Part shown: positions 1 through 7,579 of the stretch, in pieces | Numbering within the stretch: position 1 is the first letter of the stretch | Layout: each line of letters begins with the position of its first letter | NCBI RefSeq assembly: GCF_003044035.1 | Contig: NZ_NVQC01000008.1 | Coordinates: 1 to 32,000 of the forward strand | Length of the DNA: 32,000 bases | Origin: Candidatus Methylomirabilis limnetica | GTDB taxonomy: Bacteria > Methylomirabilota > Methylomirabilia > Methylomirabilales > Methylomirabilaceae | Reading direction: 5' to 3' | Notes under the pieces: model-generated | Seen by the model: only the letters and a program-made list of their open reading frames with translations | Databases searched by the model: none | Told to the model about the DNA's origin: nothing | Position numbers and translations under genes: made by a program

Positions 1-249
1 AACCCCGACGAGCTTTCAGAAACTGAGATCGAGGCCTTGTGGGCCGAGGAAGCAGAGCACCGTTTGGATGAATTGGAACAGGGATTGGTGACCGAGAGCC
101 GGGCCGAGGACGTGCTTCGCCGAGCGCGGGCCGCTCAACGCAACGTTAGGGGTATCAACACAATGCGATTGCTGACCCGGTTGGGGGCACGTATTAAAAA
201 TAGGGACAGACACTATTATCGTAACAATTCGTGGTGTTCGCGGTTATGA
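1..249 (+). CDS. Partial addiction-module antitoxin-like protein (Unstab_antitox / TIGR02574-like). The 5' end is cut by the window edge and the 3' end probably runs into a repeat insertion.
   Basis: Frame 1 reads NPDELSETEIEALWAEEAEHRLDELEQGLVTESRAEDVLRRARAA. This matches the xxWAEExxRRLxExxxGxxxxxxxEDV pattern I recall for this antitoxin family. The ORF then reads through into the dispersed repeat that begins near 196, so the native stop and any downstream toxin seem lost. Confidence 0.4.
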   Translation, partial: NPDELSETEIEALWAEEAEHRLDELEQGLVTESRAEDVLRRARAAQRNVRGINTMRLLTRLGARIKNRDRHYYRNNSWCSRL

Positions 250-408
250 TCGTGCCTGCCACGGATTACCCTAATCGTTGCACCCAGCCACCCGTATCCT
301 GTGAGGCAACGAGGGAATGATCGTCAGGCGATCTTTCGGAACGACAGCGATTCGAAGGCACACGATGACAGAGCAGCTACTGGAAGAGACGGGTTCATCT
401 GGGAGGTG
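196..408 (+). repeat. Partial copy of the TIR-type repeat (family R2) with a Y1/RayT-like transposase N-terminal remnant
   Basis: About 80% identical by eye to 952-1167. It starts with the same aaaatagggacagacact terminus. An internal frame reads LPRITLIVAPSHPYPVRQRGNDRQAIFRNDSD, resembling the LPRxxxPGxPHHVxQRGNxRQxIFxxDxD N-terminus of IS200-like/REP-associated tyrosine transposases. I found no matching right-hand inverted repeat. Confidence 0.5.
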
Positions 409-508
409 CTTGAGGCCAGCGAGCCTGTTGCGGAGGTAGTCCTTCAGCTTCAGCTTCATCGGGACAGGGTCATTCGTAGGATCAAGGCTCGGATGCTCTC
501 AGCGCCCG

Positions 509-622
509 CCGATCCATCTTTCCTGCCCAACCATCGCCAGTCCCTGCTTTTCGATGTCAAATACCCATTGACAAGCAAAAATGCCTTCCTATCCTTTCAG
601 CCATCGAAAGCAATGCCTTATC
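509..622 (+). promoter_or_regulatory. Orphan duplicate of the promoter/5'-leader module found upstream of the haloperoxidase-like gene
   Basis: About 114 bp aligns by eye with 10513-10625. It contains TTGACA (568-573), a 16-nt spacer and TATCCT (590-595), plus the shared downstream string cgaaagcaatgccttatc. No gene follows; repeat R1 starts at 671. Confidence 0.35.
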
Positions 623-670
623 ATCACCATAAAGACGCCGAAGCAATAGCCGGCTCCCCTCACCTTGTAA

Positions 671-940
671 GTGTAGATTACACCCCCGTAATGTGGACTC
701 CCAAGAAGGCGGATGAGTAGTGGTGATCTAGGTGCGCAAGCGCGGCATTTCCGAAGGACGTTTGCGACAATACGGCCCGAAGAGTGTGTTTGCGGTTCGC
801 TACCCTTTGCCAACTCGTCTTGGAGTTTCCTGAACCTTCAGGACATTCTGCCCACGCTAACCTGCACGAGTCTCGGAACTCGTGGCAGTTTTCAATCGGG
901 ACAGGTGGCCGTTTTGCGATCGGAATGGGTGGCAACTTTG
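671..940 (+). repeat. Dispersed repeat R1, copy A (270 bp, identical to copy C)
   Basis: Base-for-base identical by manual comparison to 12722-12991, and about 90% identical to 10104-10343. ORFs in several frames on both strands look non-coding. Confidence 0.9.
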
Positions 941-954
941 GAAAATAGTGGAAA

Positions 955-1246
955 ATAGGGACAGACACTAGTATCGCAACAATTCATGGTGTTAGCGGTC
1001 ATGATCGTGCCTGCCACGAATTACGCAAACCGTTGCATCCGGCCACCCGTATCATGTGGGGCAACAAGGGAATGATCGCCAAGCGGTCGCTCGGAACGAC
1101 AGAGCTTCGAATGCGCACGATGACAGAGCGGTCACTGCGAAGAGACGGGTTCATCTGGGATGTTGCGCAGGACACTGGACGAGTACTACACGTGTGGCAG
1201 AGGGGAAGATCAAGCAAGGATTTCAATAAAGAGTGTCTGTCCCTAT
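955..1246 (+). mobile_element. MITE-like non-autonomous element (family R2) bounded by 15-bp perfect terminal inverted repeats, with a decayed Y1/RayT-like transposase N-terminus
   Basis: The left end atagggacagacact (955-969) is the exact reverse complement of agtgtctgtccctat (1232-1246). An internal frame reads GHPYHVGQQGNDRQAVARNDRA, a YHVxxRGNxRQxIF-type motif. The element has no intact ORF. Confidence 0.55.
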
Positions 1247-1472
1247 ATCACGAAGGCCCGAACGGGTGAAAGGGTCAGTAAACCCTGTGCCCAGTGTGCA
1301 GAAAGCTGGCGGAAGCGTAGCTGCTCGAAAGAGCGATGTGCAGGGTGGATAGAGGAGTCCGAACACCCGGTCGGCAGTCTTGCCGAAGTAATCAACCGAA
1401 CCGCCGTATACGTGGTCCATATGTCCGGTGGTGTGGAGGGGAGAGGCCGTGAGGCCTCCCCCTATCCCGATT

Positions 1473-1967
1473 ATGTGTCAGCCGAATGAAGTTGTTCGCG
1501 CAACACCTGCCGCCAAATCTTCGGGAGCACTGACCGAGATTCAGCAGATGCAGTTGGAGTGTTGGACGATGTTCCGGGATCGACTGCTGGAAAAGAAGGT
1601 TCTTCTATTGGTGCAGACTCCCGGACCGCAATACTGGCTTGAGATAGCGCTCGGTCGATCGAATATATTTCTTTCGAATATTCTTGATACCTATGCTGGT
1701 CGGATCGGGATCCGGATATACAGAGGCAATCGAATCGCGGAGGCAGCACTCGCTCAGTTGGAGAAAGATAAAGATGCCATCGAAAAGGAAATCGGTGAGA
1801 AACTGTCCTGGAATCCGACTCCGGAAAAGCGCGACAAAATAATCGGCCTGTTCAGGAACGCGGATGTATCGAATCGAGATGCATGGCCAGAGTACTGTGA
1901 CTGGCTGGTGGATTGTGTTGGGGAATTCCATCAGGCGTGTGTGTGGCGAATCAAAGCCCTCACGTGA
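1473..1967 (+). CDS. DUF4268-like domain protein (start uncertain; alternatives at 1428 and 1548)
   Basis: The ORF ends 46 bp before the SbcD-like gene on the same strand. The sequence pattern CWTMFRDRL...YWLEIALGRSNIFL...IGIRIY...LEKDKDAIEKEIGEKLSWNP...W resembles my recollection of DUF4268. The assignment is from memory only. Confidence 0.45.
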   Translation: MCQPNEVVRATPAAKSSGALTEIQQMQLECWTMFRDRLLEKKVLLLVQTPGPQYWLEIALGRSNIFLSNILDTYAGRIGIRIYRGNRIAEAALAQLEKDKDAIEKEIGEKLSWNPTPEKRDKIIGLFRNADVSNRDAWPEYCDWLVDCVGEFHQACVWRIKALT

Positions 1968-2013
1968 GATGAAGGTGCGGCAACTCATGAATAGATTCCG
2001 GGATCTGTAGGGC

Positions 2014-3273
2014 ATGCGGTTTCTTCATTGTGCGGATATCCACCTCGACAGTCCTCTACGTGGTCTGGAGCGCTATGAGGGTGCGCCCGTGGAGGAGGTA
2101 AGGGGCGCGACCCGGCGCGCGTTCGAGAATATGGTTCAATGCGCTCTCCGGGAGCGGGTTGATTTCGTTGTCATCGCCGGAGATCTCTACGACGGAGATT
2201 GGCCGGACTTTAATACAGGACTTTTCTTTGCGAAGGGAATGGCGCAGCTCGGGGAGTCGGGCATCGCTGTCTATGTGGTCCGAGGAAACCACGATGCGGC
2301 GAACAAGCTGACGCGATCGCTTCCGCTACCCAAGAATGTCTACTTGTTCCCGGACAAGGATCCCAAGACACTGACCGACGACAACCTCGGCTTGGCGGTC
2401 CACGGGCAAAGTTTCACGACGGCAGCCGTTCTGGACGATCTTGCTGTCGATTACCCTAAAGCGGTACCGGGGTGTTTCAACCTCGGGGTGCTACACACAT
2501 CGCTGAACGGTAGGCCAAGTCATGACAACTACGCGCCGACCACGGAGTCGATTCTCAAGTCCAAGGGCTACGATTACTGGGCATTGGGGCACGTCCATGC
2601 AAGGGAAATCGTGTCTAAGGATCCGTGGGTGGTGTATCCCGGCAACCCTCAGGGCCGGCATATTAGAGAGCAGGGTGCGAAGGGCTGCGAACTGGTGACC
2701 GTGGAGGAGGGAAGCATCGCCACAGAGGCGATTGAGCTGGATGTCTTGCGCTGGACTGAGCTCGTGGTCGACGTCGCGGGACTACCGGATCTCGATGCGC
2801 TGCTGGATCGAGCCGCGGCCGGCGTGAGAACTGAACTGGCACACGCTGATGGGCGAATCTTGGGCCTTCGGTTCCGGTTGCAAGGGGTAGGTCCCGTGCA
2901 TCGCGCAGTGTCCGCACAACCGGACGTAGTTGCCGAGCAGTTGCGCGCCGTCGCGCTCGAGGTCTCTGGGGGTAATGCCTGGCTGGAGAAAGTCGACATC
3001 CGTGTGCGACCGGTCGTCGATTTCGATCAGCTCGCGATCGGCGACGATCCCGTTGGGCTGCTGGTCCGGGAACTAAGATCTCTCGCCCGGAATCAGGACG
3101 TATTGGCCTCGCTAGCCACTGAGGCGTTGAAGGAGTTGAGGCAGAAGCTCCCGGCTGAGTTGGTTCAGGATGAGGCCTTGCGGCTCGATGCGCCGGAGGT
3201 ACTACAAGATCTACTGGGCGAGGCTGAGGCTGAATTGCTGGCCCGTCTGGCTGGCGAAAACGGTGCGCCATGA
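2014..3273 (+). CDS. SbcD/YhaO-like DNA-repair exonuclease (calcineurin-like metallophosphoesterase)
   Basis: The N-terminus MRFLHCADIHLDSPL, together with VVIAGDLYD, VVRGNHD and GHVH, gives the Mre11/SbcD phosphoesterase motifs I-IV. The stop overlaps the next start (ATGA at 3270-3273). Confidence 0.85.
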   Translation: MRFLHCADIHLDSPLRGLERYEGAPVEEVRGATRRAFENMVQCALRERVDFVVIAGDLYDGDWPDFNTGLFFAKGMAQLGESGIAVYVVRGNHDAANKLTRSLPLPKNVYLFPDKDPKTLTDDNLGLAVHGQSFTTAAVLDDLAVDYPKAVPGCFNLGVLHTSLNGRPSHDNYAPTTESILKSKGYDYWALGHVHAREIVSKDPWVVYPGNPQGRHIREQGAKGCELVTVEEGSIATEAIELDVLRWTELVVDVAGLPDLDALLDRAAAGVRTELAHADGRILGLRFRLQGVGPVHRAVSAQPDVVAEQLRAVALEVSGGNAWLEKVDIRVRPVVDFDQLAIGDDPVGLLVRELRSLARNQDVLASLATEALKELRQKLPAELVQDEALRLDAPEVLQDLLGEAEAELLARLAGENGAP

Positions 3274-6200
3274 AGTTCACGCGCATTTACCTGAAGGCAT
3301 TCGGACCTTTCCGCGACCGCGTGATCGAACTGCCGAATCATACCGGCAAGAATTTTCATGTCGTCTTCGGGCCAAACGAAGCCGGCAAGTCCACGACGCT
3401 GCGGGCGGTGACCGGGTTCCTGTTTGGCATTCCCGAACGGACCGGCGACGCTTTTCTCCATGACTACACCGCGCTGCGAGTGGGCGCGACCCTGCTCATG
3501 CCCGACGGCAGCCGCCTATCGGCGATGCGCCGCAAAGCCCGCAAGAGCACTCTGTTTGCCATCGACGAAGAATCCGGCGCCGAGACGACGGACCGGCCGC
3601 TGCCTGAGGGGGCGATTGCGGGGCTCCTCGGTGGGCTCGACCAGGCGCTCTACCAGACCCTTTTCGGGCTGGATCTGAATGGTCTCGTTATCGGCAGCGA
3701 CGAATTGTTGCGCGGTGAAGGTGACGTGGGCCGGAGCCTGTTCCAGGCCGCTGCAGGCCTGGCCAGTCTGCGCACCCTGATGGCAGGTCTGGAGAATGAA
3801 GCCGCAGGCGCCTTCAAGCCCCGTGGTTCGACGGGCAGGCTCAACCGTGCGCTGAACGAGTTCGATGAACAGAAGCGCGCCCTGAAAGATGCGACGATTC
3901 GCTCCTATGCGTGGGAGAACATTGAACGGAAATACCGCCACGCGGACGCCACACACGCGCAGATGCGCGAGGCTTTGAAGAACACGCGTACTGAACGCCA
4001 ACGCCTGGAACGCGTCCGGGCCAACTTACCTCTGGTTGCCGAGCGCATGGCAAAGCAAGCGGAGTTGGCGACACTCTCCAGCGTTCCACGTCTCGCACTG
4101 GACGCGGCGCAGCGCCGTGTCACCGCCCAGGAACGCCTGCGCGGTGCAGAGGAAACCAGGGCCGCAGCAGAGACACTACTCACACAGTTGAAGGCTGAGC
4201 TGGAAGGTCTGATCGTCCGTCGCACAGTGCTGGAGCGCGCGAGCGCCATTGAACAGGCGTTTCATGGGCTGGGCGCGTATCGCGTGGCGCACGACACGCT
4301 CCCGCGCCTCACTGCCGAGCGCGGTGCGCACACGGACAGGATGATCCAGCTGCTTCAGGAAATCGAGCCGGCCTCTGCGGTGGACCAGGCAGCGGCGCTG
4401 TTGCCTCAGGAAACCTTCGTCGCCCGCGTGCAATCACTCGTCGAAGAGCACGCGCGTCTCACCGAACGCGACGAACAGCTCGACGCGCAGGTCCGCGCGA
4501 AGGAGGCCACCATCGAGCGCCTCGGCGAGCGTATGACGTCACTTCCAGAGCCCGCACCGGTGGACGAACTAGAGGCGTCTCTAGTCGGCGTGGCTAATGT
4601 GGCCGATCTGGACATCAGGAAGCGCAAGCTCGCTCGCGATATCGCCGAGCTGGAAGCCAAGCTGCAACGTGACACGACGGCGTTGTGGGGCGGCAGCGTG
4701 TCCGATCTTATTGGACTGGCTGTGCCGCTGCCCGAGACGGCCACGGCTTTCGAGGGGGAATTCGCCTCCCTCGCCCAGGATGAGCACCTTGTGGAAGAAA
4801 GAGTGGCTGCGCTCATCCGTGATCTCGAAGAGCGTCGCCGTGAACTCAAGGTGCTGGCCGCCACGGGCGAGGTCGTCACACAGGCCGAAGTCGTTGTGGC
4901 GCGTGGCGAGCGGGACGAACGATGGTCGCAGATGCGCCGCACGTACATCGAGCGGACCATAGAAGCGGCCGAACGTCCGACTGGCCATCAGACCCTGCAA
5001 TCAGTCGCACGCACATTCGAGGAAGCGATCAAGGAAGCGGACCGCCTGGCAGATCTGTTGCACGCCGATACCCAGAGAGCAACGAACTTGGAGGCGACGC
5101 GCCAGCGCATCACCGACATGCGGTCCGAAATGCAGCGCAACGAGGGGCAGCGTGAGATCCTTGCCGGCCGGCGACAGGAGTTGCAGCGCCGCTGGGAGGC
5201 GCTCATCGCGCCCCTGCGTCGTTCGGAACTGCCCCCTGCGGCCCTACGCGAGTGGCTGTCGCGCCACCAACGCCTGGTGGATAAACAGGGCGACCTGGAC
5301 AGGTTATGCCTCGAGCGGGATGCAGTCGCTGCCGACCTCTCACAAGCGAGGGCCGCTCTGGACAGGGCGCTTGTGGCCTGCGGACTTGTTGGCTGCACGG
5401 TAGAAGAGCCCGTAGCGGGTGCCCTTGCACGTGCCAATCAGGCCATGAATACCGCCAGGAGCGCGAGGGAGGAACGAACCTCCGTGGCCGCTCTCATTCA
5501 CGCGGGGAAGGCGGAGCTGCGGGACCTGCAGAATCAGCGGCAGCAAGCAGCGGTGAGGATTGCCGAATGGGGGCAGGACTGGCGCGCGGCAGCGGAACGA
5601 CTGAGGCTCGCGGCGAATGCTCTCCCGTCCGAGGCAAAGACCAGACTTGATCAGTTCTCCCGTTTGGCGACGACCCTTAGCGAACGAGTCAAGCTCGACA
5701 AGGAAATCAGCAGCCATCACGCAGTCCTCAATGCCTTTACGGCCAGCGTCACTGAGATTGGACAGGCGGTTGAGCAATCTTCAGACGGCCATGACCCGGA
5801 TGCCCTTGCCGTACGCCTCTACGCCGATCTGCGCGACACTCGCACGACGGAGACGAAGCGACAGCAAGTGGCAAACGACATCGACCGCGAAACCCGGACG
5901 CTTGCCCAGGCCGAGACCGCCGCGCAGCACGCGAGGAAGCAGCTGGACGAGCTCGTTCAGCAAGCGGGATGCATGGTGGCGGACGAGTTGCCCGACATCG
6001 AAGCAAAGGCAACACGAAAGCAGATCTTACAGCAGCGACTGCTAGAAATCGATGAGCAGCTCGTCCAACAGAATGCCCGCCTCATTGACGACGTAGTGCG
6101 TGAAGCGGATGGGTTCAGCCTCGACGGCCTCGTGCAGCAGATCGCGGACTTGGCAACGCAGACGGAAGAATTAGAGCTGCAGGTTGATGCTTCCCAGGGC

Positions 6201-6788
6201 GCGCTATTCGGTGCCAAGCAGCAACTGGACGCGATCGATGGTAGCCCCGCCGCCGCCGAAGCTCAGCAGGCCTTATCGGCGATCTCGGCACGAATTGCAA
6301 AGGAAGCTCGCTCCTACGCGCGGGTTCGGCTGGCGGGAGCTGTGCTGAGTCGAGTGGTCCAAGTCTACCGCGAGCAGCATCAAGGGCCGCTACTTCAGCG
6401 GGCTGGAGAGGTCTTCGCCAGGATTACCTTGGGAAGCGTTTCGGGGCTGACGGTCGATTATGAAGGTGACAACCAAGTCCTGCTCGGTGTTCGACCGGAC
6501 GGCGCCCGTGTTTCGGTAGCAGGTATGAGCCAAGGGACGCGCGACCAGCTGTTTCTTTCGCTGAGGCTCGCGGCGATCGAGCAGCACATAGATGGACGCG
6601 GCCCGATGCCCGTCATTGTTGACGATCTACTCGTGCAGTTTGATGATGATCGCGCGGTTGCAACCCTAAAAGTGCTCAGCGAACTGAGCAAGAAGACCCA
6701 GGTCCTGTTTTTCACGCATCACAGGCATTTGGTTGAGCTTGCGCGATCCCCAGATCTGGCCTTGGCTATCTTGGTTCATAACCTATAG
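3270..6788 (+). CDS. YhaN/SbcC-like AAA ATPase with a long coiled coil (COG4717-type)
   Basis: Walker A is present as FGPNEAGKSTTLRAV near the N-terminus. About 900 aa of Ala/Glu/Arg/Leu/Gln-rich coiled coil follow. The C-terminal part has the signature-like MSQGTRDQLFLSLRLA and Walker B PVIVDDLLVQFDD. It is translationally coupled to the SbcD-like gene. I saw no CxxC zinc hook. Confidence 0.85.
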   Translation: MKFTRIYLKAFGPFRDRVIELPNHTGKNFHVVFGPNEAGKSTTLRAVTGFLFGIPERTGDAFLHDYTALRVGATLLMPDGSRLSAMRRKARKSTLFAIDEESGAETTDRPLPEGAIAGLLGGLDQALYQTLFGLDLNGLVIGSDELLRGEGDVGRSLFQAAAGLASLRTLMAGLENEAAGAFKPRGSTGRLNRALNEFDEQKRALKDATIRSYAWENIERKYRHADATHAQMREALKNTRTERQRLERVRANLPLVAERMAKQAELATLSSVPRLALDAAQRRVTAQERLRGAEETRAAAETLLTQLKAELEGLIVRRTVLERASAIEQAFHGLGAYRVAHDTLPRLTAERGAHTDRMIQLLQEIEPASAVDQAAALLPQETFVARVQSLVEEHARLTERDEQLDAQVRAKEATIERLGERMTSLPEPAPVDELEASLVGVANVADLDIRKRKLARDIAELEAKLQRDTTALWGGSVSDLIGLAVPLPETATAFEGEFASLAQDEHLVEERVAALIRDLEERRRELKVLAATGEVVTQAEVVVARGERDERWSQMRRTYIERTIEAAERPTGHQTLQSVARTFEEAIKEADRLADLLHADTQRATNLEATRQRITDMRSEMQRNEGQREILAGRRQELQRRWEALIAPLRRSELPPAALREWLSRHQRLVDKQGDLDRLCLERDAVAADLSQARAALDRALVACGLVGCTVEEPVAGALARANQAMNTARSAREERTSVAALIHAGKAELRDLQNQRQQAAVRIAEWGQDWRAAAERLRLAANALPSEAKTRLDQFSRLATTLSERVKLDKEISSHHAVLNAFTASVTEIGQAVEQSSDGHDPDALAVRLYADLRDTRTTETKRQQVANDIDRETRTLAQAETAAQHARKQLDELVQQAGCMVADELPDIEAKATRKQILQQRLLEIDEQLVQQNARLIDDVVREADGFSLDGLVQQIADLATQTEELELQVDASQGALFGAKQQLDAIDGSPAAAEAQQALSAISARIAKEARSYARVRLAGAVLSRVVQVYREQHQGPLLQRAGEVFARITLGSVSGLTVDYEGDNQVLLGVRPDGARVSVAGMSQGTRDQLFLSLRLAAIEQHIDGRGPMPVIVDDLLVQFDDDRAVATLKVLSELSKKTQVLFFTHHRHLVELARSPDLALAILVHNL

Positions 6789-6830
6789 CGAGCGCAATAA
6801 TGCGTATTGCGTTCATTTTCGTTGAGGGTC

Positions 6831-7050
6831 GATACCCCGCGGCTTGCCGCGAGTTCGTCATACCGGCGGAAGCCGGTATCCAGCGGGCCCGACTGGATTC
6901 CCCCGTATCAAGTACGGGGCAGGCCCCGTATCAAGTACGGGGCAGGCCCCGTATCAAGTACGGGGCAGGCCCCGTATCAAGTACGGGGCAGGCTCGTCAA
7001 GCACGGAATGACGGGCCAGAACAGAAGACGATACCCCGCGGCTTGCCGCG
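6831..7050. repeat. Composite REP-like palindromic element cluster bounded by a 21-bp direct repeat
   Basis: gataccccgcggcttgccgcg occurs at 6831-6851 and 7030-7050, and each copy has a cgcggc-tt-gccgcg hairpin. A further hairpin is ataccggc-ggaa-gccggtat at 6860-6879. ORFs across the region translate as VIPAEAGIQ / IPRGLPRGGFI, strings typical of spurious REP translations. Confidence 0.75.
6901..6992. repeat. Four perfect tandem copies of a 23-bp unit (ccccgtatcaagtacggggcagg), each a 7-bp-stem hairpin
   Basis: The unit starts at 6901, 6924, 6947 and 6970. The stem is ccccgta/tacgggg with loop tcaag. A degenerate fifth unit follows at about 6993-7015. Confidence 0.9.
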
Positions 7051-7057
7051 GGGAGGC

Positions 7058-7198
7058 TTCATTGAGATCGAGACACTTGAGGGAATCAAAGTTCTTCAAT
7101 GGGTGCCATCGTCAGCAGTCAACTGCCTTATCGGTCCCGGTGATTCAACCAAAACGACAGTGCTCGACGCCGTCGAACTATGCCTGAATCCCAGGTCC
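7058..7198 (+). pseudogene. N-terminal fragment of an OLD-family/RecF-like AAA ATPase (truncated, degenerate P-loop)
   Basis: The frame reads FIEIETLEGIKVLQWVPSSAVNCLIGPGDSTKTTVLDAVELCLNPRS. This follows the IxIxNFRxIxxLxxxxxxxxNxLIGxNxxGKSxxLxAIxLxL pattern, but the Walker A Gly is replaced (GDSTKT). Similarity ends after about 47 aa. Confidence 0.45.
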
Positions 7199-7334
7199 TA
7201 CATCTCTCCCGCACCCGGCAGGCCGGGTCGTGCCTCCTGCCGGTACTTCGGCTCCCAGCTCGCCAAGACCTTGCGGATCGTTTTGCGCGTATGGCCGTCT
7301 CCCGCGCGATCCGACGAATACTCTTCGTGTACAC
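7199..7334 (-). pseudogene. IS21-family (IstA-like) transposase N-terminal HTH remnant, frameshifted and truncated
   Basis: Two minus-strand frames join to give (V)YTKSIRRIARET / GHTRKTIRKVLASWEPKYRQEARPGLPG. This resembles the HTH ...IARxxGxSRNTVRKxLxxxEPPxYxR... of IstA. A 1-nt loss in a G run (gagacgGCCatacg) would explain the frame change. There is no catalytic domain. Confidence 0.4.
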
Positions 7335-7517
7335 CCGAGCAGCCGTCCTGATGAGCTCGTACTACTCCTTCCCTCACACTCCTCTCCCTCCCTGTCTCCT
7401 GTGTGATCTGGCTCGAACACACGAGAAACAGCGATCGTATCAGGGTGGGTTCCTTTTGCTCGATCATTCCCGCTTGAGGTGGGTCCCTTTTACGTTAGCG
7501 AAATCATATGCTATAGT

Positions 7518-7577
7518 GAATTTCGACCTGCATGACACTAATCTAGGGATTTTCGACTAGGGAAAAGGATTCTCGAC
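7518..7577 (+). promoter_or_regulatory. Three direct repeats GAWTTYCGAC immediately upstream of the Fic start; possible operator sites next to a TATAGT -10-like box (7512-7517)
   Basis: The repeats are gaatttcgac (7518-7527), gattttcgac (7548-7557) and gattctcgac (7568-7577), spaced 30 and 20 bp apart. The last one ends 2 nt before the ATG at 7580. Confidence 0.3.
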
Positions 7578-7579
7578 CG

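Noticed and set aside
740-760. GTGCG at the gtgcgcaagcgcgg string inside R1, considered as a possible group II intron 5' end
   Set aside because: I saw no domain V-like sequence (GAGCCGTAT...ACGGTTC type), no IEP/RT ORF and no plausible 3' AY end within the 270 bp. A GTGCG pentamer alone is not evidence.
301-968. ORFs of 139, 96, 81 and 74 aa across 301-968; near-identical twins at 12655-13141
   Set aside because: They run through dispersed repeats R1 and R2 and the orphan promoter module, overlap each other in several frames, and show no protein-like motifs. The duplicated 'proteins' simply reflect the repeated DNA.
1437-1465. Hairpin ggggagaggcc-gtga-ggcctcccc upstream of or within the DUF4268-like ORF, and a similar ctcccctctgaggggagag at about 9897
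   Set aside because: These are short GC hairpins of a common REP-like type (they translate as GEGR/SPLRGEG). I mention the second only as possible DGR context, and neither is strong enough to annotate on its own.
2649-6715. Numerous antisense or out-of-frame ORFs (for example 2663-3286, 4406-4960 and 4988-5437, all on the - strand) inside the SbcD-like and YhaN-like genes
   Set aside because: They have Arg/Ser/Pro/Ala-rich composition typical of off-frame reading of GC-rich coding DNA. Each is fully nested in a long ORF that has clear motifs.
6901-6992. Possible CRISPR array (short palindromic direct repeats)
   Set aside because: The 23-bp units are directly adjacent with no spacers, and no cas genes are nearby. 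This is a tandem repeat and not a CRISPR array.
6800-7351. 183-aa + strand ORF, and the overlapping 126-aa ORF at 6807-7187
   Set aside because: Most of it is a translation of the REP cluster and the 23-bp tandem array (VIPAEAGIQ..., PVSSTGQAPYQVRGRPRIKYGAG cycling through frames). Only residues 87-133 resemble a real protein, the OLD-like fragment, which I annotated separately as a pseudogene.
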